From NCBI GenBank assembly GCA_965198005.1, contig CBDAOI010000004.1, positions 2,208,001 to 2,272,000 of the forward strand: a stretch of 64,000 nt of DNA. Reading direction: 5' to 3'. This document shows positions 41,532 to 52,346 of this stretch, one piece after another. A program made the position numbers and the translations under genes. Every line of letters starts with the position of its first letter. The first letter of the stretch is position 1. Source of the DNA: Spirochaetia bacterium. Its GTDB lineage: Bacteria; Spirochaetota; Spirochaetia; SZUA-6; Bin103. The notes under the pieces are model-generated. The model worked only from the letters and a program-made list of their open reading frames with translations, was not told the DNA's origin and did not search any database.

Positions 41532-42452
41532 ATGCGCACGTTCGCGGATTTCTTTGTCCGGCTGCGCCGGGAGAAGCCGCTGGCGGTGGTGCTCGGGATC
41601 GTGCTGCTGCTGTTGATCGGGGTGGCGCTGTTGGCCGACGTGCTGGCACCGTTCGGTCCCAACGAGGTGTTCCTGATGGACCGGCTGCAGGGCTCCTCGG
41701 TCCGCTATCCGCTGGGCACCGACCAGTTGGGCCGCGATTTCGCCAGCCGCCTCATCTATGGCGCTCGCCTCACCCTGGGCGTCGGCCTGGCCGCGACCGC
41801 GGTCAACGTGCTGGTGGCGCTGGTCGTGGGCGGCGTTTCCGGCTTCATCGGTGGCCGGCTCGACCTGACGGTGCAGCGCTTCGTTGATGCCTGGATGTCG
41901 ATTCCCGGCCTGCTGATCCTGCTGACGGTGATGTCGGTGGTCGGCCGCGGGGTGCTGCAGATCATCCTGGTGCTGGGGGTGCTGGGCGGCATCGGCGCCT
42001 CGCGGGTGGTCCGGGGCGCGGTGATCGTCGCCAAGGAGCACGTCTACTTCGAGGCGGCGCGGGCGGTCGGCAGCTCGCGCTGGCGCACCCTGCTGCGCCA
42101 CCTGCTGCCCAACATCGCGCCGGTGCTGATCGTCATCTACAGCATCAACATCGGCGCGGTGGTGATCAGCGAGGCATCCTTGAGCTTCCTGGGGTTCGGG
42201 CTGCCGACCACGGTGCCGAGCTGGGGCGGCATGCTGAGCCGGGAGGGGCGCCAGTACATGGAGATCGCGCCGCGGCTGGCGGTGTGGCCGGGCCTGTGCC
42301 TGACGGTGGTGGTGTACTGCCTGAACATGGTTGGCGACGCGGTGCGCGACCTGCTCGACCCGCGGCTGCGTGGCGGCGGCGGCCGGCTCGGCGCCTACGG
42401 CGCGCAGGCGGTCAGAAAAGCCGGATCCACTCCACCGCCCGCGCGGAAGTGA
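41532..42452 (+). CDS. Dpp/Opp permease C
   Basis: LGTDQLGRD and GDAVRDLLDPR. Confidence 0.93.
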   Translation: MRTFADFFVRLRREKPLAVVLGIVLLLLIGVALLADVLAPFGPNEVFLMDRLQGSSVRYPLGTDQLGRDFASRLIYGARLTLGVGLAATAVNVLVALVVGGVSGFIGGRLDLTVQRFVDAWMSIPGLLILLTVMSVVGRGVLQIILVLGVLGGIGASRVVRGAVIVAKEHVYFEAARAVGSSRWRTLLRHLLPNIAPVLIVIYSINIGAVVISEASLSFLGFGLPTTVPSWGGMLSREGRQYMEIAPRLAVWPGLCLTVVVYCLNMVGDAVRDLLDPRLRGGGGRLGAYGAQAVRKAGSTPPPARK

Positions 42453-42500
42453 GACCCCCGACCGTGGTCGGGCTGCAAGCGGCGTGCAGCGGGCCGGACC

Positions 42501-42708
42501 CTATTCGGTCGACGTTGGCCGAGTGGTTGTAGCCAAACGACGAGCCGGATATCGCACATAAGTGCGACCGCTGGACCGTTGCCGGGCTCTAACGTCCTCG
42601 AGAATGGCTTTGACGTCGTAGCCGAACCGGGCAGCCTCGCGCGCGACGTTCCGGCCCCGTAGCGGCCCGCGTCCCTGCACGAGTTGCCGCAGGTGATCCT
42701 TCACAGGG
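42501..42708 (-). pseudogene. Chimera: start of the AbiEii gene fused to a small-protein fragment
   Basis: 42636-42708 matches 24970-25042, followed by AARFGYDVKAILEDVR. Confidence 0.7.
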
Positions 42709-42728
42709 CCCGCCCGCTGCGCGTCCAG

Positions 42729-43143
42729 CGGCCTGATGGCGATCGTCATCGGGCTGGTGATCGCCGTGCCGGTCGGTATCTACTCGGCGATCCGCCAGAC
42801 ACGGCCGCCGACTACGTGGGGCGGTCGCTGGCCATCCTCGGCCTGGCCACGCCCAACTTCTGGCTGGCCACCATGGTGATCGTGTTTCCGGCAATCTGGT
42901 GGCGCTGGTCGCCGCCGCTGGTGCTGGTCTCCTTCGCTGACGACCCGCTAGGGAGCCTGGCTGGATTTGCCATTCCCAGCCTGATCCTGGGGACCTATCT
43001 GTCCGCGGCCACCATGCGGGTGACGCGCACCATGATGCTGGAGGTGCTCAGCCAGGACTACATCAGGACCGCGTGGTCCAAGGGGCTGCTGGAGCGATCG
43101 GTGATCCTGCGCCACGCCGTCAAGAACGCGCTCATCCCGGTGG
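42729..43143 (+). pseudogene. Permease B internal fragment
   Basis: Matches ~40883-41297. Confidence 0.85.
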
Positions 43144-43200
43144 ATTTCTTCGACTCAGCTGGACTGGCTTGGTTCCAACGTCTACCATACACGCGGGGAG

Positions 43201-43512
43201 TTGTTGGAGGCGATCCGGCAGAAGATCAAAGCCCGTCAATACGAGTATTCCAAACACGCGGTTGGTCAGAGCATCATCCGTCACATCGGTGTGCCGGATC
43301 TTGAGCATGCACTCTTGAGCCGAAGCGAGGTTGTCGAGGACTATCCAGCTGACAAGTACGGAGCCAGTTGTCTCATCTTGGGATTCACGAACACCGGTCG
43401 ACCGTTGCACGTTCAGTGCAGCCATCCGTCCAGGTCGCTGATCAAGATAATAACCGTGTATGAGCCCAGCGCCGAGCATTGGCTCGACTACCGGTTGCGG
43501 CGAGACCCATAA
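43201..43512 (+). CDS. DUF4258 (BrnT-like) toxin
   Basis: YSKHA, EDYP.DKYG.SCLILG and IITVYEP. Confidence 0.8.
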   Translation: MLEAIRQKIKARQYEYSKHAVGQSIIRHIGVPDLEHALLSRSEVVEDYPADKYGASCLILGFTNTGRPLHVQCSHPSRSLIKIITVYEPSAEHWLDYRLRRDP

Positions 43513-43526
43513 GCGGGGTGAACCAT

Positions 43527-43736
43527 ATGAAAGAAACCATGATCGAAACCGAGGTGACATACACTCTGGAATACGAAGGGAAGCTATATGTCGTCGAGCA
43601 CGTACCTGCGCGAGTCTCAATGGAAACAGGCGAGCAATACTTCTCTCCAGAGACGGTCGAGCATCTTCAGTCTATCGTCAGGAGTGGAAGAAAACCTGAC
43701 AAGACCATTGAAACGGCAATGTACGAGTACGTCTGA
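43527..43736 (+). CDS. YgiT-type (MqsA-like) antitoxin
   Basis: VEHVPARV..ETGEQYFSPET. Confidence 0.78.
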   Translation: MKETMIETEVTYTLEYEGKLYVVEHVPARVSMETGEQYFSPETVEHLQSIVRSGRKPDKTIETAMYEYV

Positions 43737-43789
43737 GCCCGCCGTCACCGCGGAGGCTCCAGGAGTCCAGGTGGCGGCAACAGATCCGG

Positions 43790-44731
43790 TCAGCGCGGGA
43801 GCGACAGGCGCGGCATTACCTCCTGCGCGAACAGCTCGATGCCCTCGGTGCTCGGGAAGTCGATGGCGCGCACGATGACGTACTGGACGCCCGCATCAAT
43901 GTAGGCCTGCACCCGTTCGGCGACCTGCTTCGGGGTGCCGACGATCGGATCACTCTTGTGGGGCGAGGCCTCGGCGATGCGCCGCGCCTGCTTCTCGGTG
44001 GCGGCCACGGCCAGTGCCTCCGCCGCCCAGGTCTTGACGATCTGGTGGTAGTCGCGGCCGACCGCGTCACAGTGGCGGCGCAGCACCTCGAGCTTGTGGG
44101 CGTAAGATGCGGGCGTGCCCGCGGTGACGTTCCACCAGTCGGCGTACTTGGCCACCACCCGCAGGGTAAGCTGTTCACCGCCACCGCCGATCAGCAGTGG
44201 CGGTGCGGGGTCCGGCCGCGGCTCGCAGTAGGCGTCGGTGACCCGGTAGTAGGTGCCGTGGAAGGTGGCGGGCGCTTCGGTCCAGAGCTTTCTGACGATC
44301 TGCACGGCCTCCTCCAACTGGGCGATACGCACGGCCGGCTTCGGGAACGCGTAGTCGTAGGCGTGGTACTCGCGCTCGACCCAGCCGGCACCGATGCCGA
44401 ACACGTAGCGGCCGCCGGTCAGCAACTGCAGGTTGGCCGCCGTCTTCGCCAGCACGGCTGGGGTGCGGTAGCTCTGACAGAACACGAACGATCCGAAGGT
44501 GAGGTCCCGATAGACGGTGGCGAAGTGGGCTATGGTGCTGACGCACTCGAGGAACGGCGTGTCCGCAGGCTGCCAACTGGCCCACGGCCACAGGTGGTCG
44601 TCGACCCAGACCGATTCGAAGTGCGGATACAGCCGGTCCAGGGAGGCGCGAACCTGCTCCACGAACAGCCGCCCGCTGCTGCCGTCGACCGGGAACGAGG
44701 GCATATGCCAGCCGAATCTCAACGTGCCCAT
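43790..44731 (-). CDS. LLM-class flavin/F420-dependent oxidoreductase
   Basis: WVDDH, GIGAGW..EY and IGGGGE. Confidence 0.9.
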   Translation of the reverse strand: MGTLRFGWHMPSFPVDGSSGRLFVEQVRASLDRLYPHFESVWVDDHLWPWASWQPADTPFLECVSTIAHFATVYRDLTFGSFVFCQSYRTPAVLAKTAANLQLLTGGRYVFGIGAGWVEREYHAYDYAFPKPAVRIAQLEEAVQIVRKLWTEAPATFHGTYYRVTDAYCEPRPDPAPPLLIGGGGEQLTLRVVAKYADWWNVTAGTPASYAHKLEVLRRHCDAVGRDYHQIVKTWAAEALAVAATEKQARRIAEASPHKSDPIVGTPKQVAERVQAYIDAGVQYVIVRAIDFPSTEGIELFAQEVMPRLSLPR

Positions 44732-44838
44732 GGCCGATTATCCCCAGCGCCCGGACGCTGATCAAGCACCCTGGCTGATATCGAGAACGGGAAAGACCAG
44801 GTTTCATCGGGGAGTCGTCGCGCTACAGCCGCAGCCGA

Positions 44839-45280
44839 ATGCCGAAGACCACGGAAACGGTCCTTGCGGAGGCGCTTCGCCTGGATCTGAAGGGACGGGC
44901 CCAGCTTGTCGGGGAACTCCTCGCAAGTCTTGACGGCCCAGCAGATCCGGATGTTGCTTCTGCCTGGTCCGCGGAGATAAAGCGGCGCGTCGCAGGGCGG
45001 GTTCTTCGCTCCGCACCGGAATACCGAGAAGGTGGACGGCATGGTCGCCACGCTGGTGGTGTCGCTGCCGGTGGCGGGCGCCGGCGGTGAACTGGTAATC
45101 CGTCACGGCGAACGCGAGGCCGTCGTCGACCTGTGCACCAGCGGGTGGATCACGCGCTGTACGCGGCCATCCTCAGCACTTACGAGTGGGGCACCGTGGA
45201 CGAATCGGGCGACTTTCCCGATTGGGACGATCCCGAGGACTACGACTGGGACGACGAAGATTGGGACGACGAGCAGATCG
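44839..45280 (+). pseudogene. Addiction-module antitoxin (TIGR02574-like) truncated by two 2OG-oxygenase fragments
   Basis: AEALRL...RAQL...AWSAEIKRR, then matches 33841-33986 and 34307-34448. Confidence 0.7.
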
Positions 45281-45307
45281 CGCGCAGGGCGTCACTTGAC
45301 CCGTCGC

Positions 45308-46055
45308 TTACGTTGCGGCGCGCCGGCTGCCCACTGCGCTCAGGTTGAGCACCTGCATCGCCTCGTCTCCCATCGCCAGCGCGTAGATTCCGCGCCGTGT
45401 CAGATAGGTCACCAATATCCGCCGGAATACTCAGTGACGAGAACGCCGGCACGATCGGCAGCTCCCGGTACTGCGGAAAGTACAGTGCGAACTCGTCGGT
45501 GCGCAGAAACTCGGCGAACTCTCGCGCGTCACTGGTGCGGGGTGAGGACTTGGTCTCGTTGAGCAGCACAGCCCGGGTGCCCACGTAGAGAGCGTCGAAC
45601 TCGCGCTCACGGGAGGAATCATCGCTGCGTTTGAGGGATACACGGGTGCCGAAGTACTGCATGTCGCCACAGTTGAATACCTCACGGGCCAAGCGGCGGA
45701 CACTGGGTGCGACGATGTCCTCGACGACGGTACCCATCTTGTTGGCCAACTCGCCCCAGCGCTTGTTCATCTCCCGTCGTTCGCGGGCTGCTGCCTCGCG
45801 GTCGCGCTCTGCTGCCTCGCGGTTGCGGGCTGCTGCCTCGCGGTTGCGGGCTGCTGCCTCGCGGTCGCGCTCTGCTGCCTCGCGGTCGCGGGCGCCCTCC
45901 TGCTCCATGCGCTCGATGATGCGCTCGAGGTGCCGGATAGAGCCATCGGTCCGCGCCATCCATTGTTCGGTACGCGCCATGAAGCTGGCCAGGATGGTCT
46001 CCAGACGGTCGGTTTTCTCCTCGACGTCCTGTGTCCGTTGTGCGAGTGTGGCCAC
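45308..46055 (-). CDS. Coiled-coil + PD-(D/E)XK nuclease (DUF3782-like), +1 frameshift near 45413
   Basis: WGELANKMGT.VED and EFD...NETKS; heptad repeats. Confidence 0.7.
45783..45890 (-). repeat. 21-nt tandem repeat, about 5 units (REAAERD/REAAARN)
   Basis: Repeated CTGCCTCGCGGT core. Confidence 0.9.
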
Positions 46056-46197
46056 GGTGCTCGTTCCCTTGTCTGCCGTACGATAGTCCCCGCGCCGCCG
46101 AATTGCAAGCTCGCACCTTCAGGCTCCTAGTGATCGGACGGGATGGGCCAAAAGCGACGCCCCGGGCGGCGGTTTTGGGGCGCTAGCGCCATGCCCG

Positions 46198-47043
46198 TCA
46201 GGATGACGAGCTGGGTGGGTTGTTCTCCTGGACGATATTCTGAGCCCGGGCCATAACCGCTTCTCCGACATCCTGACCCGTTTCCCGGAAGCCCTGGACG
46301 CCGATGTACAGTTGGTCGCGCGCCAGGCCGTCGAACAGGATCTGGGCCAACTGGTCGGTCGTGATTCCTGCGGTCAGCCACCCGCGCCAAGTCTCCCGGT
46401 GCTCGTCAGTCACCTCGGTCGTTTCCCCTTTGAAACGCTCGGGACGTGATTGATCCACGCGGTAAAACTCGGTCGCCACCCAACCCGGGCAGAGCACCGA
46501 CACCTTGACGTGGGGCGCCGACTCGGCCAAATCTTGATAGAGCGACTCGGTCAGGACCAACACGGCATGTTTCGAGACCCCATACGACCCGCCCCCCGGG
46601 AGCACGCCGGAAAGGGATGAGACATTCACCACATGGCTGGGCTGCTTCCGCTTGATCATGCCGGGGACGAATGCACGCAGGCAATAGAGCACTCCGTAGA
46701 AGTTGACCCCCATTACCCAATTCCAGTCGTCCAGTGTGATCTCCAGTGACTTGCCCGGCTGCGCGACCCCGGCGTTGTTCACCAGCAGGTCGACCTGCCC
46801 AAAGGCTTCGATCGTGGCTGCCGCCAGATTCTCCACCTGTTCCGCCTGGGAAACATCCGTCTGGACGATCAGCGTCTCGGCCCCCAGCGCCTCCAGGTCG
46901 GCGGCGGTCTTGGTGAGCGATTCCATCCCGAATCCGGCCAGAACGACCTTCATCCCCTCCTTGGCACAGCGGAGGGCGATCCCGCGGCCGATGCCGCGCC
47001 CTGCACCGGTGATCACCGCGACCTTGTCTCGATAGTCTTTCAT
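46198..47043 (-). CDS. SDR family oxidoreductase
   Basis: TGAGRGIG, NNAG and YGVSK. Confidence 0.92.
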   Translation of the reverse strand: MKDYRDKVAVITGAGRGIGRGIALRCAKEGMKVVLAGFGMESLTKTAADLEALGAETLIVQTDVSQAEQVENLAAATIEAFGQVDLLVNNAGVAQPGKSLEITLDDWNWVMGVNFYGVLYCLRAFVPGMIKRKQPSHVVNVSSLSGVLPGGGSYGVSKHAVLVLTESLYQDLAESAPHVKVSVLCPGWVATEFYRVDQSRPERFKGETTEVTDEHRETWRGWLTAGITTDQLAQILFDGLARDQLYIGVQGFRETGQDVGEAVMARAQNIVQENNPPSSSS

Positions 47044-47188
47044 AGCGCCGCCAGGGTGCCCGCATCCCAGTTGTGGGTCAACCCACAGAATTGAGCGCGA
47101 TGCGCGTGGGGCGGGTGGGGCGCGTCGGGCGGGTCGGGCGGAAGCCCATCACGATCAAGATCGCCCAATGGTTTACACTCATGGGCCC

Positions 47189-48604
47189 ATGAGCGAAGAC
47201 CTTCACTTCAGCACCATCGTCGAGATCGCACCACTCATCAGGTCGCAACGGCTGTCGCCGGTCGAGCTGACCAGGAGTGTGCTTGGCCGCGTCGACCGGC
47301 TCGATGGCGGTCTGCACAGCTACGCGACGGTAATGGAGGAGCAGGCGCTGGCAGCCGCAGCACGAGCCGAGGTGGAGATCGCTTCCGGCAGCTATCGCGG
47401 ACCACTGCACGGGGTCCCGGTTGCGGTAAAGGACCTGTGCTTCACCAGGGGGGTGCGCACGATGGGCGGCGCGCAGGTGCTGGCCGATCACGTACCGGAG
47501 TTCGATGCCACCGTGGTCACGCGGCTGACAGCGGCCGGTGCGGTGCTGCTGGGCAAGCTCAACCTCACCGAAGGCGCCATGGGCGGTTACCACCCGGAGT
47601 TCCCGATCCCCCGGAACCCCTGGGATTCCGGGCGGTGGGCGGGGGCATCCTCCAGCGGCTCCGGCGTGGCGACCGCGGCCGGGCTGTGCTTCGGCTCCCT
47701 CGGCAGCGATACGGGCGGCTCGATTCGCTTCCCGGCCGCGTGCAACGGGACGGTGGGTCTCAAGCCCACCTGGGGCCGCGTGAGCCGCTACGGCGTGCTG
47801 GCCCTGGCCGAGTCGCTGGACCACGTCGGCCCCCTGACCCGAAGCAGCGCCGATGCCGGCATCATGCTGCAGGCGATCGCGGGACCGGACCCCAACGATC
47901 CCACCGCGCTACCCGCTCCGGTGCCGGATATGCTCGAACGGCCTGATCGGAGTATCGAGCGGATCGAGGGTGTCCGCATCGGCTTCGACGAGCGCTACGC
48001 GGTGCGGGACGTCGATCCGCAGGTTTCCGCGGCGGTGGTAAACGCGGTCGAGGTGCTCGACGGGCTCGGAGCCGAAGTCGTCGAAGTGCGGCTCCCCGAG
48101 GTCGATGAGTACGTCGCCGCGTGGGCCGTGTTGTGCACGGCCGAGGCGGTGGCCGCTCACTGCGCTACCTACCCGGCGCGCCGGGACGAGTATGGCCCCT
48201 GGTTCCGCGGCTGGCTGGATCTGGGGGCGCAGGTGAGCGGCGCCGAGTACGCCAGAGCGAACAACGCACGGGCCGCCTGTACGGGGCACCTGCGACGGGC
48301 ATTCGAGCAGATCGATGCCCTTGCCTGCCCCGCTATGCCGGACCTCCCATTCCCGGTCACATCGGAAGCGCAGCGTTCCTCGTCACCGGTCGTCGACGAG
48401 ACATCCTATCGGTTGCAGCGGTTCACAGTGCCGTTCGATTACAACGGCGCGCCGACGCTCACCCTGCCTTGCGGAAGAAGCAGCGAGGGATTGCCCCTGT
48501 CGCTGCAACTGGCAGGCAAATCGCTCGGCGAACCGTTACTGTGCCGGCTTGGCGCCGCCTACGAAGCGGCCACCGAGTGGCACAACCTGCACCCGGACCT
48601 CTGA
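47189..48604 (+). CDS. Amidase-signature family amidase
   Basis: VAVKD, GASSSGS and GSDTGGSIRFP. Confidence 0.92.
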   Translation: MSEDLHFSTIVEIAPLIRSQRLSPVELTRSVLGRVDRLDGGLHSYATVMEEQALAAAARAEVEIASGSYRGPLHGVPVAVKDLCFTRGVRTMGGAQVLADHVPEFDATVVTRLTAAGAVLLGKLNLTEGAMGGYHPEFPIPRNPWDSGRWAGASSSGSGVATAAGLCFGSLGSDTGGSIRFPAACNGTVGLKPTWGRVSRYGVLALAESLDHVGPLTRSSADAGIMLQAIAGPDPNDPTALPAPVPDMLERPDRSIERIEGVRIGFDERYAVRDVDPQVSAAVVNAVEVLDGLGAEVVEVRLPEVDEYVAAWAVLCTAEAVAAHCATYPARRDEYGPWFRGWLDLGAQVSGAEYARANNARAACTGHLRRAFEQIDALACPAMPDLPFPVTSEAQRSSSPVVDETSYRLQRFTVPFDYNGAPTLTLPCGRSSEGLPLSLQLAGKSLGEPLLCRLGAAYEAATEWHNLHPDL

Positions 48605-48679
48605 GTGCCCGCTGGCAGGGCCTCCTTCTCTCTCAAAAAACTTAGTTCTACGCGTTGGAAGATCAAATAAGACCAGCGC

Positions 48680-49433
48680 TGGCAGCAAGCTGGGAAAACC
48701 CTGATCCCAACACGTATATCTTCCACATCCGCCAGGGTGTTCACTGGCACCAGAAGGCCCCAATGAATGGCCGGGAATTAACGGCCGAAGATGTCGTCTT
48801 CAATTATCACCGGTTGACGGAGATGGGCAGTGGCTTCAGCAAACCCGAGGGCATAGGCAGTACAATCGTGTCACTGGAATTCGAATCGATCTCAGCGAGC
48901 GACGAGTATACGGAAGTCGTCAAGTTGACAAAACCCCGCATTGATGCGCTCTGACGATCATGTCGCTGGTCGGACAGGGCCTGCTGCAGCTCATCCTGGT
49001 GCTGGGCGTCACGGGCGGCGTGGTGGCCTCGCGGCTGGTCCGAGGCGCGGTAATCGCGGTCAAGGAGAACGACTATCTGCAGGCGGCCACGGTCCTGGGT
49101 TCACGAAGGCGCCATGGGCGGTTACCACCCGGAGTTCCCGATCCCCCGGTGGGGAGCCTGGTTGCCCTGCAGGTGCCGATCCTGGTGGGCGGCTCGGTCA
49201 TCATCGAGAACATCTTCAACTTGCCGAGGCATCCTTGAGCTTCCTGGGGTTCGGGCTGCCGACCACGGTGCCGAGCTGGGGCGGCATGCCCAGCCGCGAG
49301 GGGCGCCAGTACATGGAGATCGCGCCGCGGCTGGCGGTGTGGCCGGGCCTGTGCCTGACGGTGGTGGTGTACTGCCTGAACATGGTCGGCGACGCGGTGC
49401 GCGACCTGCTCGACCCGCGCCTGCGCGGCGGCC
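48680..49433 (+). pseudogene. Patchwork of binding-protein, permease C, amidase, permease B and permease C fragments
   Basis: Each piece matches another locus in the window (see findings). Confidence 0.85.
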
Positions 49434-49510
49434 GCAACTTAATTGCGGATAAATGGAATCTTTCCGCAGAAGAGTTGCGATATTCCGAAGGAGAGCATAA
49501 GCTCGGGAAC

Positions 49511-50674
49511 ATGACCGTACCGACCGTACCTCGTCGTCTTGATTTGGCTCACGACCTTCGCTCGCGGTCCGTGTTTCTATTCGGCCCGCGGCAAACTGGA
49601 AAAACTACCTATCTGAGCGCGCTGTTTCCGCGCGCTCCGGTCTTCAATTTGCTCCGAGGCGAGGTATTCCTCCGGCTTTCACGCGACCCTGGGCGGTTAC
49701 GGCAGGAGTTGGCCACCGTCGCTCGTTCCTCGGACCCGGTGATCATCGACGAGATTCAGAAGCTGCCCAGCCTGCTCGATGAGGTGCACGATCTTATCGA
49801 ATCTCGCGGACTGCGGTTCGTACTCGCAGCCAGCAGCCCCGCCAAGCTGCGCCGTGGTGGGGTCAACCTGCTTGGCGGCCGCGCCCGGACCCGCCGCCTG
49901 TTCCCATTCGTTTCGGCTGAAGTCCCGCACTGGGACCTGATGCGGGCCATCAATATCGGCGGTATCCCTTCCATCTACTTTTCCGACGACCCGATCGAGG
50001 ATCTGCGTGCCTACTGCGGCAGCTATCTGCAACTGGAAATCCAGGCAGAGGGATTGGTGCGCCGTGTGGAGCGGTTCTCGCGCTTTCTGGCCGCCGCTGC
50101 GCTCGCCTGCGGTCAGCAGGTGGTGTTCGAGCGGCTGGCCTCCGATGCCGCCGTGCCTGCGCGTACGGTCCGCGAGTACTTCCAGGTGCTGGAAGACACG
50201 CTGCTGGGGGAGCTGGTGCAGCCGTTCACACCGCAACGAGCGAGCCGCAAGCCGGTGTCTCACGCCAAGTTTTATCTGTTCGACGTCGGGGTCGCTAACG
50301 TCCTGGCCGGGATAACTCAAATCGAGGCGGGCAGCGCGGCATTCGGGCGCGCCCTCGAGAACCTCATCTTCTGTGAGCTGCGCTCCCGGCTCGGATATGG
50401 TCGTGACGCCCGGCCGCTGACGTTTTGGCGCACGACCGACGGCTCGGAGGTTGACTTCGTCGTCGGTGACAGCTTGGCGATCGAGGTGAAAGCCAGCGCC
50501 GCCGTCGCATCGCGCGATCTGACCGGACTCCGACGGCTGGCCGAGGAAGTGCCGTTGCGCAGGTGCATCGTGGTGTGTAGCGAGTCAGCACCCCGGCTCA
50601 TCGATGGCATCGAAGTGCTCCCGGTGAGGGAATTCCTTGCGGCCCTGTGGGATGGTGCGATTCTCGACGAGTAG
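49511..50674 (+). CDS. AAA_14 ATPase + DUF4143
   Basis: GPRQTGKT, IIDEIQK, KFYLFDVG and EVDF..AIEVK. Confidence 0.88.
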   Translation: MTVPTVPRRLDLAHDLRSRSVFLFGPRQTGKTTYLSALFPRAPVFNLLRGEVFLRLSRDPGRLRQELATVARSSDPVIIDEIQKLPSLLDEVHDLIESRGLRFVLAASSPAKLRRGGVNLLGGRARTRRLFPFVSAEVPHWDLMRAINIGGIPSIYFSDDPIEDLRAYCGSYLQLEIQAEGLVRRVERFSRFLAAAALACGQQVVFERLASDAAVPARTVREYFQVLEDTLLGELVQPFTPQRASRKPVSHAKFYLFDVGVANVLAGITQIEAGSAAFGRALENLIFCELRSRLGYGRDARPLTFWRTTDGSEVDFVVGDSLAIEVKASAAVASRDLTGLRRLAEEVPLRRCIVVCSESAPRLIDGIEVLPVREFLAALWDGAILDE

Positions 50675-50808
50675 TATACATGCGCTTGCTGAGTCGCCGC
50701 ACACTTCGATCTTGATGGCGCCTGAGCGAGATCGCGTGTGGTGTACGGGCAGTGCGTGGCGCGGGTGCGTGGCTTGACGCCGGCGGTGCGGGCACTTACC
50801 GTTGCGCC

Positions 50809-51303
50809 GTGCCGCTCCACTCACTCGACCCACTCGACCCACTCGATCCGAAGGTGACGCAATTCATCCAGGACAACCCCCAAGGGGTGCTGACCACCTA
50901 CCGTCGGAACGGCAAGGCGCAGATGAGCATCGTCACCGTCCGTCCGCACCGTGGGGTGATCGGTGTGTCGATTACCGAGAGCCGGGCGAAGTTCAACAAC
51001 CTGGTGCACAACCCGGCCTGCTCGATCCTGGTATCAACCGCCGACTGGTGGTCGGGCTTCATCGTGTTCGATGGCACCGCCGAGCTGGTCTGGTCGGGCA
51101 ACGCCGACGCGGAGACCGTACGGCTCGCCAGACGCGAGGTCTACAGCGCAACTACGCGGCGCCGGTCGGCGGATTGGGATGACTACGACCGCCTGGTGGA
51201 CGCCGATAGACGAGTGGCGCTGATTATCCGGCCCACCCACGTGTACGGGACATTCTTTAATACCAGTTGGCCCGGCAGGCGCATCGCACCCGGCGGACAG
51301 TAG
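50809..51303 (+). CDS. PPOX-class protein, copy 2
   Basis: Paralog of 31630-32115 with one extra LDP unit. Confidence 0.75.
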   Translation: MPLHSLDPLDPLDPKVTQFIQDNPQGVLTTYRRNGKAQMSIVTVRPHRGVIGVSITESRAKFNNLVHNPACSILVSTADWWSGFIVFDGTAELVWSGNADAETVRLARREVYSATTRRRSADWDDYDRLVDADRRVALIIRPTHVYGTFFNTSWPGRRIAPGGQ

Positions 51304-51314
51304 GCGCTGGGGGA

Positions 51315-51575
51315 GTGACAATGAACGTGAATGCGGTCGGCTCACCGCCGCGTGATCGCGCTGAGTTCAAACTACGCCTTGGCACGATGGTCGCGCGCTA
51401 CCGCACCGAATGTCTCTGGGATCTGAAGGCCAGTCTGGATCTTGAGCAGGAGCAGGTCGCACGCATGGTGCTGCGACGGGTCATCTCATGCGCTGACCGC
51501 AACGGTTACATCGAAGCCCGGGGACTTCTGGAGTGGCTCTTACAGACTTCCAACGCACCGTCTGCCGGCTCCTAG
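51315..51575 (+). CDS. Small putative antitoxin, copy 2
   Basis: Paralog of 32127-32387. Confidence 0.6.
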   Translation: MTMNVNAVGSPPRDRAEFKLRLGTMVARYRTECLWDLKASLDLEQEQVARMVLRRVISCADRNGYIEARGLLEWLLQTSNAPSAGS

Positions 51576-52345
51576 CGGACCACCGCAAACGTGAGGGAGT
51601 CAGCTACATTGCCGGCGCGCTGGCTCTAAACCTGCTCCTCGAGTTGCCGCGCGTCTCCCGAGACATCGACATTTTTCACGACGCCGAGGAGGCGGTTCAC
51701 TCGTCGTTCGACGCCGACCGGCAGCATTTGCAGGCCAACGGCTGCTCGATCACCATGCTGAGGGAGCTGCCCGGCTTCGTACAGGTGGTGGTCAGCAAAG
51801 CCGGCGACGAGGTACGTATGGAATGGACCCGCGACAGCGCGTTTCGTTTCTTCCCGCTGGTGGAGCACGAAGACCTGGGCCTGACGATGCACCCGTTCGA
51901 CTTGGCAACCAACAAAGTGCTCGCGCTGGTAGGGCGGCTCGAGGTGCGCGATTGGGTCGACGTGATCAACTCCCACGCCAAGCTGCAGCCGCTGGGCTAC
52001 CTCATGTGGGCAGCTTGCGGTAAAGATCCCGGCTTCAGCCCGGGATCGCTGCTCGCGCACGCGCGCCGGACGGCACGCTACTCCGCCTTGGAAATCGCGC
52101 AGTTGCAGTTCGAAGGCGACCCGCCGGACGCCGCCGCGCTGGCCGGCAACTGGCACGCAATGCTGACCCAGGCGGGTGAGATCATAGACACGTTACCCGC
52201 CGAGCAATCTGGCACCTGCGTCCTCAATGACCGCAGAAATCTGTTCACGGGTAATCGCACCCAGCTAAAACACGCACTCGACGCAGCGGCGCTGCGATTT
52301 CATGCCGGCACTCTTGGTGGTGCACTCCCCCAGGTCGTCGAGTAA
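51533..52345 (+). CDS. AbiEii-like nucleotidyltransferase, copy 2
   Basis: Paralog of 32345-33157. Confidence 0.75.
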   Translation: MALTDFQRTVCRLLADHRKREGVSYIAGALALNLLLELPRVSRDIDIFHDAEEAVHSSFDADRQHLQANGCSITMLRELPGFVQVVVSKAGDEVRMEWTRDSAFRFFPLVEHEDLGLTMHPFDLATNKVLALVGRLEVRDWVDVINSHAKLQPLGYLMWAACGKDPGFSPGSLLAHARRTARYSALEIAQLQFEGDPPDAAALAGNWHAMLTQAGEIIDTLPAEQSGTCVLNDRRNLFTGNRTQLKHALDAAALRFHAGTLGGALPQVVE

Positions 52346-52346
52346 T

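Noticed and set aside
45783-45890. CRISPR-like array
   Set aside because: Contiguous 21-nt coding repeats without unique spacers; no cas genes
47104-47141. G-rich 9-nt repeats (G-quadruplex candidate) between the SDR and amidase genes
   Set aside because: Short, single instance, and expected by chance at this GC content
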